From NCBI GenBank assembly GCA_001029775.1, contig CP011215.1, forward strand, positions 554,303-618,302: DNA of 64,000 nucleotides. The letters are read 5' to 3'. The notes under the pieces are model-generated. The model was given only the letters and a program-made list of their open reading frames with translations. It ran no database searches and was not told where the DNA came from. Positions 27,941 to 36,421 of the stretch are shown piece after piece. Source of the DNA: Candidatus Campbellbacteria bacterium GW2011_OD1_34_28. Its GTDB lineage: Bacteria > Patescibacteriota > Minisyncoccia > Phycocordibacterales > UBA12079. The position numbers and the translations under genes are program-made. Each line of letters opens with the position of its first letter. The first letter of the stretch is position 1.

Positions 27941-29239
27941 TTAAAAAGGTAAATTTGCAGGTGGTTCTGACTTTTTAGATTCAATTCTTGAGAAAGTTGG
28001 TGTTTCAACAGACTTGCTTGGTAGATGGAATATTGTTGCTAATTCCTCCGAACTTAAAACAAATTGTTTGTCACTGGTGTGAGGATAGTAAAAATAAGCT
28101 CTTTTTTTGTAATCATTGAATATCTCGTTTTTCATTTTGTTTAAGCGAGTATTCTTGTAATCTTGCCAAGGATAATCAAAGCCAGTTACCCTATTTGGTC
28201 TGAAACCGTTCATATTCCCTGAGTTATATTGTTTAAAAGACCCTGTCATCCCTGTAATATTTATTGGGTTAAATTTGTCTTTTTCGGCAATATAAATCCC
28301 CCTGATACCACAGTCAAAACCGGGTTTAGTAATGTTTCTTTCAACGGCTTCAATTATTTGTGACTCTACTTTTGTTGGTGGACGATTTTTTGTTTTATCT
28401 TTTTCATCAGTCACAAGATTTGCCAACAATTTTTTCTTTTCATCTTTTCCTTTTTCTGTCCAATCATAGCTATCAGACCACTGCATCTTTTCAAAGCGAT
28501 CTTTCCACGCCAATTCTTTTCTAAAATTTTTCTTGTGAGCGCGAACCATTATCTGAATCCATATCTGTTCGCCTTTTCCAATTGCGCCAAGAAATTCAAG
28601 AACTGGTGACATTGGATCAATTTTTTCTTCATCCTCTATACCAGGTCTATCCAAGCCGTAGTCAATATAAGTTTTTATTGGGTATGGATCGTCTTTTGTT
28701 AGAATAAATTCGTTTCCCCACAAACTCATATTGCTTAAATCAAGGGCAGTAAATTTTGTATAATCTGGTACTTCAAAGATCTCTACTCCTGGATATTGTG
28801 CATACAACTGAGATTCTAATAATTTTTTAAACTTTGCTTCTGTCCAGATAAAAAATCTTACATTTCCTTCCAAGGAAACCATTTCCAAAGAAAACCATGT
28901 TCTGCTTTTTCCCAGAATACTTCTGTCATACCAAGTTCCTTCTCCTCCGGGTTGATGCAAAGCACCCAAAAACAATTCCATTGCCAACGGACTCTTTTTT
29001 ATCTCTTTAGGAACTCTTATTTCCATTAAGATTCTATTTTGCATAGCTCTAAATAAAAATCTTTTATAATTTCTTCTAAATTTTAATGCGAGAGACAATA
29101 AAATAAAAGGTATGACAAAAGGTGATATTGTATATAAAACAAACAACACATCAATAACGAGTGGTTGAAGGAAGTGAGGAAATTTGGCAACAAAATTTTC
29201 TAACATTTGCTTATATTTTACAACAAAAAAAGTAACCAA
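27941..29239 (-). CDS. membrane-anchored hypothetical protein
   Basis: 432 aa. N-terminal TM helices. No recognisable catalytic motif. Confidence 0.4.
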   Translation of the reverse strand: MVTFFVVKYKQMLENFVAKFPHFLQPLVIDVLFVLYTISPFVIPFILLSLALKFRRNYKRFLFRAMQNRILMEIRVPKEIKKSPLAMELFLGALHQPGGEGTWYDRSILGKSRTWFSLEMVSLEGNVRFFIWTEAKFKKLLESQLYAQYPGVEIFEVPDYTKFTALDLSNMSLWGNEFILTKDDPYPIKTYIDYGLDRPGIEDEEKIDPMSPVLEFLGAIGKGEQIWIQIMVRAHKKNFRKELAWKDRFEKMQWSDSYDWTEKGKDEKKKLLANLVTDEKDKTKNRPPTKVESQIIEAVERNITKPGFDCGIRGIYIAEKDKFNPINITGMTGSFKQYNSGNMNGFRPNRVTGFDYPWQDYKNTRLNKMKNEIFNDYKKRAYFYYPHTSDKQFVLSSEELATIFHLPSKSVETPTFSRIESKKSEPPANLPF

Positions 29240-29514
29240 ACAATAAAATTAGTGGACAAAAAACATACCAATATACGAACCTGCCTGCCGTGTCGTTGCT
29301 TTTCTTTCAGAAAAGAGGTAGATGATGCGAATAATACGAATGCAATACAAATACAAACTTTACAAACACTGATGTTATTTTTTTAGTAATAAAAAACTCC
29401 CAGCACGCAATGTGCTGGGAGCGGAGTGTCAATTTTGTCTCGGTTTTTGACTAACCGGAGGAATCTGCTTTCCTTAGGCTCTCCATTTTTTAAAAATGGG
29501 GAAAAAAATTTTAT

Positions 29515-29961
29515 TTAATATTCTACTCCGAGGAAATAATCATCCTCGTTCCAGCTCCCATAAGCCCACTCGAGAAAAACCCCTTTCCCTTGGCTGTTGC
29601 TTTCAAACAACGTCGGCACATGCTTGGTTTTTTCTATTGAACACATCGAACCGAGTGCTGTTACTGAGAAAGGCTTTTGTAAAATTCTTTGGTTTATCCC
29701 GAAAGATAAAATCTCGTGGATAGTCGCTGGTCGACAACCCTCCCTGCTCATCCCAGAAAGAGTTTCGGTAATCCTCATACTCTTCCCGAAACAAAAAACC
29801 ACCAATTTCCTTTCTTCCACCTTCCCGTTCTTGGGACGAGGAAATTTTTCGAAGTGCCCCCTCCCTTGGGGGTATTTCTTGATGAGGTCATAGATAAGGC
29901 CGGGCACTTCCTGCGTTTCGTCAACAGGAACAACAAGCCGGTACTTTATATTAGTATTCAT
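29515..29961 (-). CDS. hypothetical cytoplasmic protein (GC-rich cargo of family-1 cassette C)
   Basis: 148 aa. RBS aaggagaagg plus ATG at 29961. G+C-rich. Bounded by the conserved leader and the conserved 3' element plus T2. Confidence 0.5.
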   Translation of the reverse strand: MNTNIKYRLVVPVDETQEVPGLIYDLIKKYPQGRGHFEKFPRPKNGKVEERKLVVFCFGKSMRITETLSGMSREGCRPATIHEILSFGINQRILQKPFSVTALGSMCSIEKTKHVPTLFESNSQGKGVFLEWAYGSWNEDDYFLGVEY

Positions 29962-30157
29962 AACCTTCTCCTTGTCCGCTTTGCGAACTTTTGTATTTCA
30001 ATTTTTAGGCGTTTCTTTCAAAACACCCTTATTTCCTACCTATGATATTAACATAATTAAACAGCACTGTCAATCTCTGTAACTAAAACAAGCAAAAAAC
30101 CGCTTATTTTAAGCGGTTTTTTGTTGTACTTTATAACTTTACAAACTTTAAGAACTT

Positions 30158-31189
30158 TTATACTATAGAGTATTTTCCCTTATTATCTCTCTTAAAATAT
30201 TTAGGATTCTGCAAATTTACGACAACTGTATTTTCTTTGATATATCTTTCTCTCAAAACTTTATCAATGATGTCTTCTTTTGTAAGAGGACCTTCTTTTT
30301 TCAAAAGATTAATTATTACATCTCTCACAATACCACTTGCATATCCCCATTCAGAAAGTGCATACAATCCCCTACCTACCAATACAAATCTTGGGTCTTT
30401 GATCAATTCATTGTGACAAGTAGCCACATGAGCTTTTCTGTCAAAATTGTTTTCAATTGATTTTGCAACTTCTCTAAAGTGCATTGGAGATCCGTGTTGT
30501 CTGATTGATAGATAAGCATAATCTCGGATTCCTTTTGCGTTTATATTGCTTGAATTTGCCAATCCCCATTCGTTAAAGTGGTTTTTATCAACTATTTTTG
30601 AAATAGCAAGCCATCTTTTAACCATTTCAGGATTATTTTTGTATTTTGCGTGCAAATTTCCTGCTTTATCAACAAACAAAGATATTATTTCTTCCTCTGG
30701 ATACAAATTGTCATCTGAAATTTCATCGGTTAATTTTTCCAAAACATCATGAACAATATCTGCTACATCTGAATCAACATACCATCTCGATTTGAATTTG
30801 CGATCTTCTTTTTCTTTATTAAATTGGTCTCCCAAAACTAACAAAAAGTGAATGTGATTTTTAATATGATCGTCTTTTCCAATATGATTCAAGATATCTT
30901 CTTCTGTTGCGATTCCTCCCAAATCGTCAATCAAACATTTCAATTCTTCAAAGATAGCTGTTTCGGCGTTGAAAACATTGGATTTTTTGATGTTTTTTAT
31001 AGCGTTATTTTCGATTTGACGAACTCTTTCTCTTGTTATTCCATAGTCTTTTCCGATAGATTCAAGAGTAACCCTAGCAGGTTTTTCTCCAAGTCCGTAT
31101 CTTCTAACTATCACATCATAAGATCTCTCAGGTAAAACTGAGAGAAATTTTTTAGTCACTTTTTCGGGTTTTATTTTTATTTTAGCCAT
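30158..31189 (-). CDS. sigma-70 region-4-like HTH protein with C-terminal HARE-HTH-like domain
   Basis: Start MAKIKIK. N-terminal ESIGKDYGITRERVRQIENNAIKNIK resembles sigma region 4.2. The C-terminus resembles the RpoE/delta HARE-HTH. CPR-typical. Confidence 0.45.
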   Translation of the reverse strand: MAKIKIKPEKVTKKFLSVLPERSYDVIVRRYGLGEKPARVTLESIGKDYGITRERVRQIENNAIKNIKKSNVFNAETAIFEELKCLIDDLGGIATEEDILNHIGKDDHIKNHIHFLLVLGDQFNKEKEDRKFKSRWYVDSDVADIVHDVLEKLTDEISDDNLYPEEEIISLFVDKAGNLHAKYKNNPEMVKRWLAISKIVDKNHFNEWGLANSSNINAKGIRDYAYLSIRQHGSPMHFREVAKSIENNFDRKAHVATCHNELIKDPRFVLVGRGLYALSEWGYASGIVRDVIINLLKKEGPLTKEDIIDKVLRERYIKENTVVVNLQNPKYFKRDNKGKYSIV

Positions 31190-31261
31190 ATTTTTATTAT
31201 ATTGTTGAAAATACTTTATCATTATATAAAAAATAAGTCAAGCTTTTCAAACTGTGGATTT

Positions 31262-33064
31262 CTACTTATTCTTCATCATTTTTAAAAAGACGTCCTGAGA
31301 TATGTTTACCTTGCCTCTTTCCTTCATTTTCTTCTTTCCTTTCTTCTGTTTTTCTCTTAACTTCATTTTTCGGGTTATATCACCTCCATAAAGGTATCCT
31401 GTTACGTCTTTTCTCATTGCAGAAATCGTTTTTGAGGACAAAATTCTACCCATTGCTTTGCCTTGTATTTTCATAACGAACATTTGACGAGGTAAATATG
31501 TAGCCAATTTTTCTACCACTTTGTCTGCTTCTTCCTGAGCTCTCCTTTTAGAGACAACCCGTGAAAAAGCAATTACTACTTCGTCTGCAACCAAAATATC
31601 CAACCTTGTCACATCAGCATCTCTGTATTCATCAATTTTGTAAGACATAGAAGCAAATCCAGATGTCGCGCTTTTTATTTCATCAAAAAATCCACGCATC
31701 AATTCTCTCAATGGTAATTTTGCATCTATCTCTATCCTATCTTCTCCAAAATCTTTTGAATTGCCTATCTCGGCTTCATGATCAAAAAGTATTTTCATCA
31801 AACCACTGAGATAATCAGGAGGAGTAATTATTTTTATTTTTATCCAAGGTTCTAGTACAGAAGTAACCTCGTGATCATCTGGAAACAAAGATGGTGAGTA
31901 AATTGTTTTCTTTGTTCCATTTTTGTAAACAATTTCATAAGTAATACTTGGATGTGTAATAACCAATTCCAAATCAAATTCTCTTTTCAATCTTTCTGTG
32001 ATGATTTCTAGATGCAACATTCCTAAAAATCCACAGCGAAAACCTCTGCCTAGTGAACCAGATGTTTCTTCTTCGTATGAAAAAGAAGAGTCTGACAATT
32101 TTAATCGATCCAATGATTGCTTTAACAAATCAAAATCATCTGCGTCTTCTGGATAAACCGAGGCCCAAACAACCGGTTCGGGTGTCATATATCCACTCAA
32201 AGAATCCATTGGTTTTCTTGCCAGTGTTAAAGTGTCTCCAACCGAAGCTATTCCTGGTTTTTTTATTCCTGTTACTATATATCCGATTTCTCCTGCACCA
32301 ATATATTCGCGTGGTTTTTCATCGGGAGAGAAAATTCCCACTTCCAATGAATTAAATTTTTCACTTACTGCTTTAAAAACAAGGTTTTCATTCTTTCCTA
32401 CTTTTCCATCAAAAACTCGCACATAAACTATTATTCCTCGATGAGTATCGTATTTAAAATCAAAAACTAGTGCACGAAAACTATCGCTGTCTTGGGTTTT
32501 TTCTTTTGGAGCGGGAATTTTTTCAATTATTTCTTTCAAAACTTCTGCTACTCCTTGCCCTGTCTTTCCAGACGCTTCTATTATGTCATCTTTGTCACAA
32601 CCGATTAGATTGATTACTTGTTCTTTTACTTCTGCCGTTCTCGCCAAGGGAGAGTCAACTTTGCTTAAAACAGGAATAATAACAAGGCCAGCTTCTTGTG
32701 CCATATTCAAAGTAGTTAATGTCTGAGCTTGTACTCCCTGTGTTGCGTCTACCAGCAAAATAGAGCCTTCTACAGCCCTTAGAGCTCTGGAAACCTCATA
32801 ATAGAAGTCTATATGCCCTGGTGTGTCGATAAGGTTGAGAATATATTTTTCTCCATTGTATTCATACTCCATTCTAGCGGGTTGCATCTTGATTGTGATG
32901 CCACGCTCTCTTTCAAGCTCCATAACATCCAGAACTTGTGCTTTCATCTTTCTTTTTTCAATAGTATTTGTTATTTCAAGCATTCTGTCCGCAAGAGTAC
33001 TTTTGCCGTGATCAATGTGAGCAATGATTGAAAAATTTCTAATTTTAGATAAATCCATGAGCAT
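31262..33064 (-). CDS. lepA: elongation factor 4
   Basis: 600 aa. IRNFSIIAHIDHGKSTLADRMLE G-domain plus the LepA C-terminal domain. Confidence 0.9.
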   Translation of the reverse strand: MLMDLSKIRNFSIIAHIDHGKSTLADRMLEITNTIEKRKMKAQVLDVMELERERGITIKMQPARMEYEYNGEKYILNLIDTPGHIDFYYEVSRALRAVEGSILLVDATQGVQAQTLTTLNMAQEAGLVIIPVLSKVDSPLARTAEVKEQVINLIGCDKDDIIEASGKTGQGVAEVLKEIIEKIPAPKEKTQDSDSFRALVFDFKYDTHRGIIVYVRVFDGKVGKNENLVFKAVSEKFNSLEVGIFSPDEKPREYIGAGEIGYIVTGIKKPGIASVGDTLTLARKPMDSLSGYMTPEPVVWASVYPEDADDFDLLKQSLDRLKLSDSSFSYEEETSGSLGRGFRCGFLGMLHLEIITERLKREFDLELVITHPSITYEIVYKNGTKKTIYSPSLFPDDHEVTSVLEPWIKIKIITPPDYLSGLMKILFDHEAEIGNSKDFGEDRIEIDAKLPLRELMRGFFDEIKSATSGFASMSYKIDEYRDADVTRLDILVADEVVIAFSRVVSKRRAQEEADKVVEKLATYLPRQMFVMKIQGKAMGRILSSKTISAMRKDVTGYLYGGDITRKMKLREKQKKGKKKMKERGKVNISQDVFLKMMKNK

Positions 33065-33158
33065 TAGTATAGAGTTAAAAGCCCATAAAGTCCATAAAGT
33101 CGGAAGTATGAGTGAATGTATTCATCAACAAATAGATGTGTTCATCTCTACTTTAGTT

Positions 33159-33560
33159 TTAAAAATGCACGAAATAAACAATTAGTGCAATTATAAAATA
33201 GAAAAAGGCATTCTTGAAAGAAAACGCTGAGCTTAATAAGGCTTTTTTAGAAATCTTTTTAACTTTTAATGAGAAATCTGTTCCGGACTTTTTTCTAACA
33301 TAATTATAAAGGTCGATAAATCTTTCTTCTTGATATAAAAAATATGTATCTAAAAAATAGAACGAAATAACTACGGCATAAAAAAGTCGTTTTGAAACTT
33401 CCGGTTCACTTGTAGACAAAGTCATTAAGGCGAACAAAACAGTAAGACACCAACCTTTAAGTAAAAAAGAATTTTTAACAGTTCTTTCTATAACCCCCTG
33501 AATAAATTCCAAATGTTTTATTTTGTGTTCGGTTATTTCAATTTTTTCTCCATTCTTCAT
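33159..33560 (-). CDS. membrane hypothetical protein
   Basis: 133 aa with three TM helices. Preceded by one copy of the 31-bp inverted-repeat operator. Confidence 0.4.
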   Translation of the reverse strand: MKNGEKIEITEHKIKHLEFIQGVIERTVKNSFLLKGWCLTVLFALMTLSTSEPEVSKRLFYAVVISFYFLDTYFLYQEERFIDLYNYVRKKSGTDFSLKVKKISKKALLSSAFSFKNAFFYFIIALIVYFVHF

Positions 33561-33623
33561 AATTTTTTATTTAAATAATTTAATAATTATATTATTTCAA
33601 AATAACACACATCAGTTACATAA

Positions 33624-33929
33624 CTATACCAGTGTTTTGCAAAATACCAGTATAGACTTTCCTTTTTTTGTTAGTGCATGTCTGACAGAATTCTTATCCA
33701 GCCTCTTCATAATAATACCGGATTGAGCGAGTTTTCTTATATGATCAGAGCCTGTGTTAAAATTAATTTTTAATTCCTCACAAATTTCTTCAACGGATAA
33801 TTCCGGTTTTTTATCCAGCAAAAAAATAATTTCTATTCTCCTGTGATTAGAAAATCCTTTAAATAATCGTTCCATTTGAAAAAAAATTGAACGACCAGAA
33901 TCATTGCCTTTACCATTCATATTTTTCAT
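33624..33929 (-). CDS. ArsR/SmtB-family HTH transcriptional regulator
   Basis: 101 aa. HRRIEIIFLLDKKPELSVEEICEELKINFNTGSDHIRKLAQSGI is the winged-HTH pattern of the ArsR family. Confidence 0.55.
   Translation of the reverse strand: MKNMNGKGNDSGRSIFFQMERLFKGFSNHRRIEIIFLLDKKPELSVEEICEELKINFNTGSDHIRKLAQSGIIMKRLDKNSVRHALTKKGKSILVFCKTLV
33632..33662. promoter_or_regulatory. 31-bp element, perfect inverted copy at 33940-33972, flanking the ArsR-like gene (candidate operator pair)
   Basis: accagtgttttgcaaaataccagtataga versus tctatactggtattttgcaaaacactggt. Perfect reverse complements about 280 bp apart. Confidence 0.55.
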
Positions 33930-34028
33930 AATTATAATTATATATCTATACTGGTATTTTGCAAAACACTGGTATAGATATTATTGGGTTAAATAATAAA
34001 AAAATAATTATGTGTAATAATATAAATA

Positions 34029-34282
34029 TGAAAAAATATATTTATTCAACATTATCGGTTATATTAGGGGCTCTAATTTTTGGAGTTATTGGATTATTAA
34101 AATTTATGAATTATGGAGGAAATAGTTGTGATTTTCCTGGTAAAAATTGCGGTTGTTTTTGTTGTAATTTATTTGGCTTGCGTGGTTATGAGGCTTGCGG
34201 TAATTTTGGATTACTAGCCGGTATTATATTGGGAGCGATAATAGGTTTTGTTACCTATAAACTGATAAAAAGTAAATTTTAG
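34029..34282 (+). CDS. small Cys-rich membrane protein
   Basis: MKKYIYSTLSVILGALIFGVIGLL...NSCDFPGKNCGCFCCNLFG...C. Divergent from the ArsR-like gene, with an operator copy between them. Confidence 0.4.
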
Positions 34283-34370
34283 ATCAAAATTATTTACTTT
34301 TTCAAACAAAAGATATATTCTTTGAAAAGATAAGTATCACTATATCAACCATTTCATGAAGGAGAAAATA

Positions 34371-34553
34371 ATGAGATTTCGAAAAGAAATGTTAGAGAAA
34401 CATCCGTGGCTTAAAGGTTCAGCGACTCTTTCAGAGGCAGAAATCGCCCACACAAAAAAAATTGCTCGAACAATTTTTGGGATTGCTTACAAAGAACAAA
34501 GACCGAACCCGATTGATGATCCAGGCAAATGTTTAAAAGGGTCGCTGTCCTAG
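34371..34553 (+). CDS. small hypothetical protein
   Basis: RBS aaggag plus ATG at 34371 (MRFRKEMLEKHPWLKG...). Confidence 0.3.
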   Translation: MRFRKEMLEKHPWLKGSATLSEAEIAHTKKIARTIFGIAYKEQRPNPIDDPGKCLKGSLS

Positions 34554-34729
34554 GAGAAAAAATATGACAGATGAACAAAAAAACGGTCTTCGGATAGGCA
34601 TCCGAATCGGGCTAATCCTTGTAATCGGACTAGGTCCTAAATAGAAAAAATCCCTGAGACATCTCAGGGATTTTATTTTTCTTCTCACGCCTTACCACTT
34701 ACACCTTAATCCTTACCCCTTACTACTAA

Positions 34730-36406
34730 CTAAAGTTCTCTTTTCTCAGGAATAACAATTCCCGATTTCCACACTCGCTTGTTAAACGCCTTTCTTGCTT
34801 CTTTTAATTCTCTATTATCCATTATCCAAAGTATAAAAATACCTGATAAAATTCCTGCTAATCCTGAAAATAATCCTTGCATAAAAATACCTTGCAAAGT
34901 ATTCAAATTTAGGAAATCGCCAAATATTGTCAAAAATCTATACGCAACAAAACCCATAATAATAGAAGTAAACAAGCTGTGCCAAAATGTTTTTGAAATG
35001 TTGTAAATAAATTTATCAAAATCTTTTTCAAACATTACCATCAACAAAATCGCATTTAACATTGTTCCCAATGAATAGCTAAATGCCAACATCAAAACCG
35101 TAGTGCCGAACAAATCCTCCACTCTGAACATATGCTCAACAAAATATCTAAACACATCATATTGTTCAAATAACCAGCTAAACAAAAAAGCAAAAACGAT
35201 TATAGAAAGAGACGATGATATATTTATCAATAATGGTCGTTTGGTGTTTCCCATCGCATAATAACCTCGTATAAAGAGCAGGATGAGGCTTTGAGCAGTC
35301 ACAGAAAAAGCAAACATCGCCAGACAAGCAGCCGTCAAACGAGTATCAGACCAATCAAACTGTCCCGATCCTAAAATAGTTCTAACTATCTGGGCTCGTA
35401 AAACTATAAACAAAGAAAGAGCGGGCAAAGACCAAAAGATGATGTGTCTTGATGCCGAAATCATTTGATTTAAAAATTTTTGTTTTTCACCAGCAGAAAA
35501 CAATCTCGCCAAAGTTGGAAAAGCAGCGACAGAATAACTTACTCCAATAATTCCCATCGGAACAGATTGAATATTAAAAGACAGATTAAACACAGCGATA
35601 GAACCAACTCCGACAGAAGAAGCAAGTGCTACAAGAAAAAAGAAAGCGATTTGATTTGCAGACATTGTCAATGTTCGAGGAAGTGAAAGCAGAGTAACTT
35701 TTTTAATATCTTTGTAATTAATTTTGGAAGTAAATTTTGGAAGAAGTCCGACACTTGAAGCAACAGGTATCTGGATTATTAAATGTAAAAATGCACCTAA
35801 AACAACTCCTGCTCCAAGACCATTTAGACCAAAACTTGGATACAAAAAATAGATTCCAAAAATTATTCCCAGATTATACAAAACAGGACTAATGGCATAA
35901 ATTAAAAACTTTCTGTTTAATTGAATGATGCTTGCAAACAAATTTGAAAGTCCCAACAAAATCGGGCTGAGCAGGAGAATTCTTGTCAAAGATATAGCCT
36001 CTGTCAAAGCAGTTTTTCCAAAACCAGGAAACATTTTTTCCACAATAAAAGGTGCTAAAAAGAAAACTACAAGACTGACCAATGAGATAAATCCAAAAAA
36101 TACAGTAAAAACACCGTCAATAAAATTTTGCATCCCTCCGTTTTCTTCTCGAGATTTGTCCGCAAGGAAAGGAATCAGGACAGATATAGAAACAATAGAA
36201 GCTACTGTTATAAAGATAAAATCTGGAATTCTAAAAGCCGCATAATAGATATCCAATGTCTCCCCTGCTCCAAAAAAAGAAGCGAGGGCTCTATCTCTAA
36301 CAAGTGCTAAAAGTTGAGAAGCAAAAGTAAAAGCACCTAAAAGATAAGCGGCCTCATGGAGTCCGCTTATCTCTCTGTTTAATAATTTAATGATTCTTTT
36401 AACCAT
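34730..36406 (-). CDS. murJ: lipid II flippase MurJ (MviN)
   Basis: 558 aa polytopic membrane protein. The N-terminal pattern LLGAFTFASQLLALVRDRALASFFGAG is the MurJ signature. Confidence 0.8.
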   Translation of the reverse strand: MVKRIIKLLNREISGLHEAAYLLGAFTFASQLLALVRDRALASFFGAGETLDIYYAAFRIPDFIFITVASIVSISVLIPFLADKSREENGGMQNFIDGVFTVFFGFISLVSLVVFFLAPFIVEKMFPGFGKTALTEAISLTRILLLSPILLGLSNLFASIIQLNRKFLIYAISPVLYNLGIIFGIYFLYPSFGLNGLGAGVVLGAFLHLIIQIPVASSVGLLPKFTSKINYKDIKKVTLLSLPRTLTMSANQIAFFFLVALASSVGVGSIAVFNLSFNIQSVPMGIIGVSYSVAAFPTLARLFSAGEKQKFLNQMISASRHIIFWSLPALSLFIVLRAQIVRTILGSGQFDWSDTRLTAACLAMFAFSVTAQSLILLFIRGYYAMGNTKRPLLINISSSLSIIVFAFLFSWLFEQYDVFRYFVEHMFRVEDLFGTTVLMLAFSYSLGTMLNAILLMVMFEKDFDKFIYNISKTFWHSLFTSIIMGFVAYRFLTIFGDFLNLNTLQGIFMQGLFSGLAGILSGIFILWIMDNRELKEARKAFNKRVWKSGIVIPEKREL

Positions 36407-36421
36407 TGTTTTTTAAATAAT

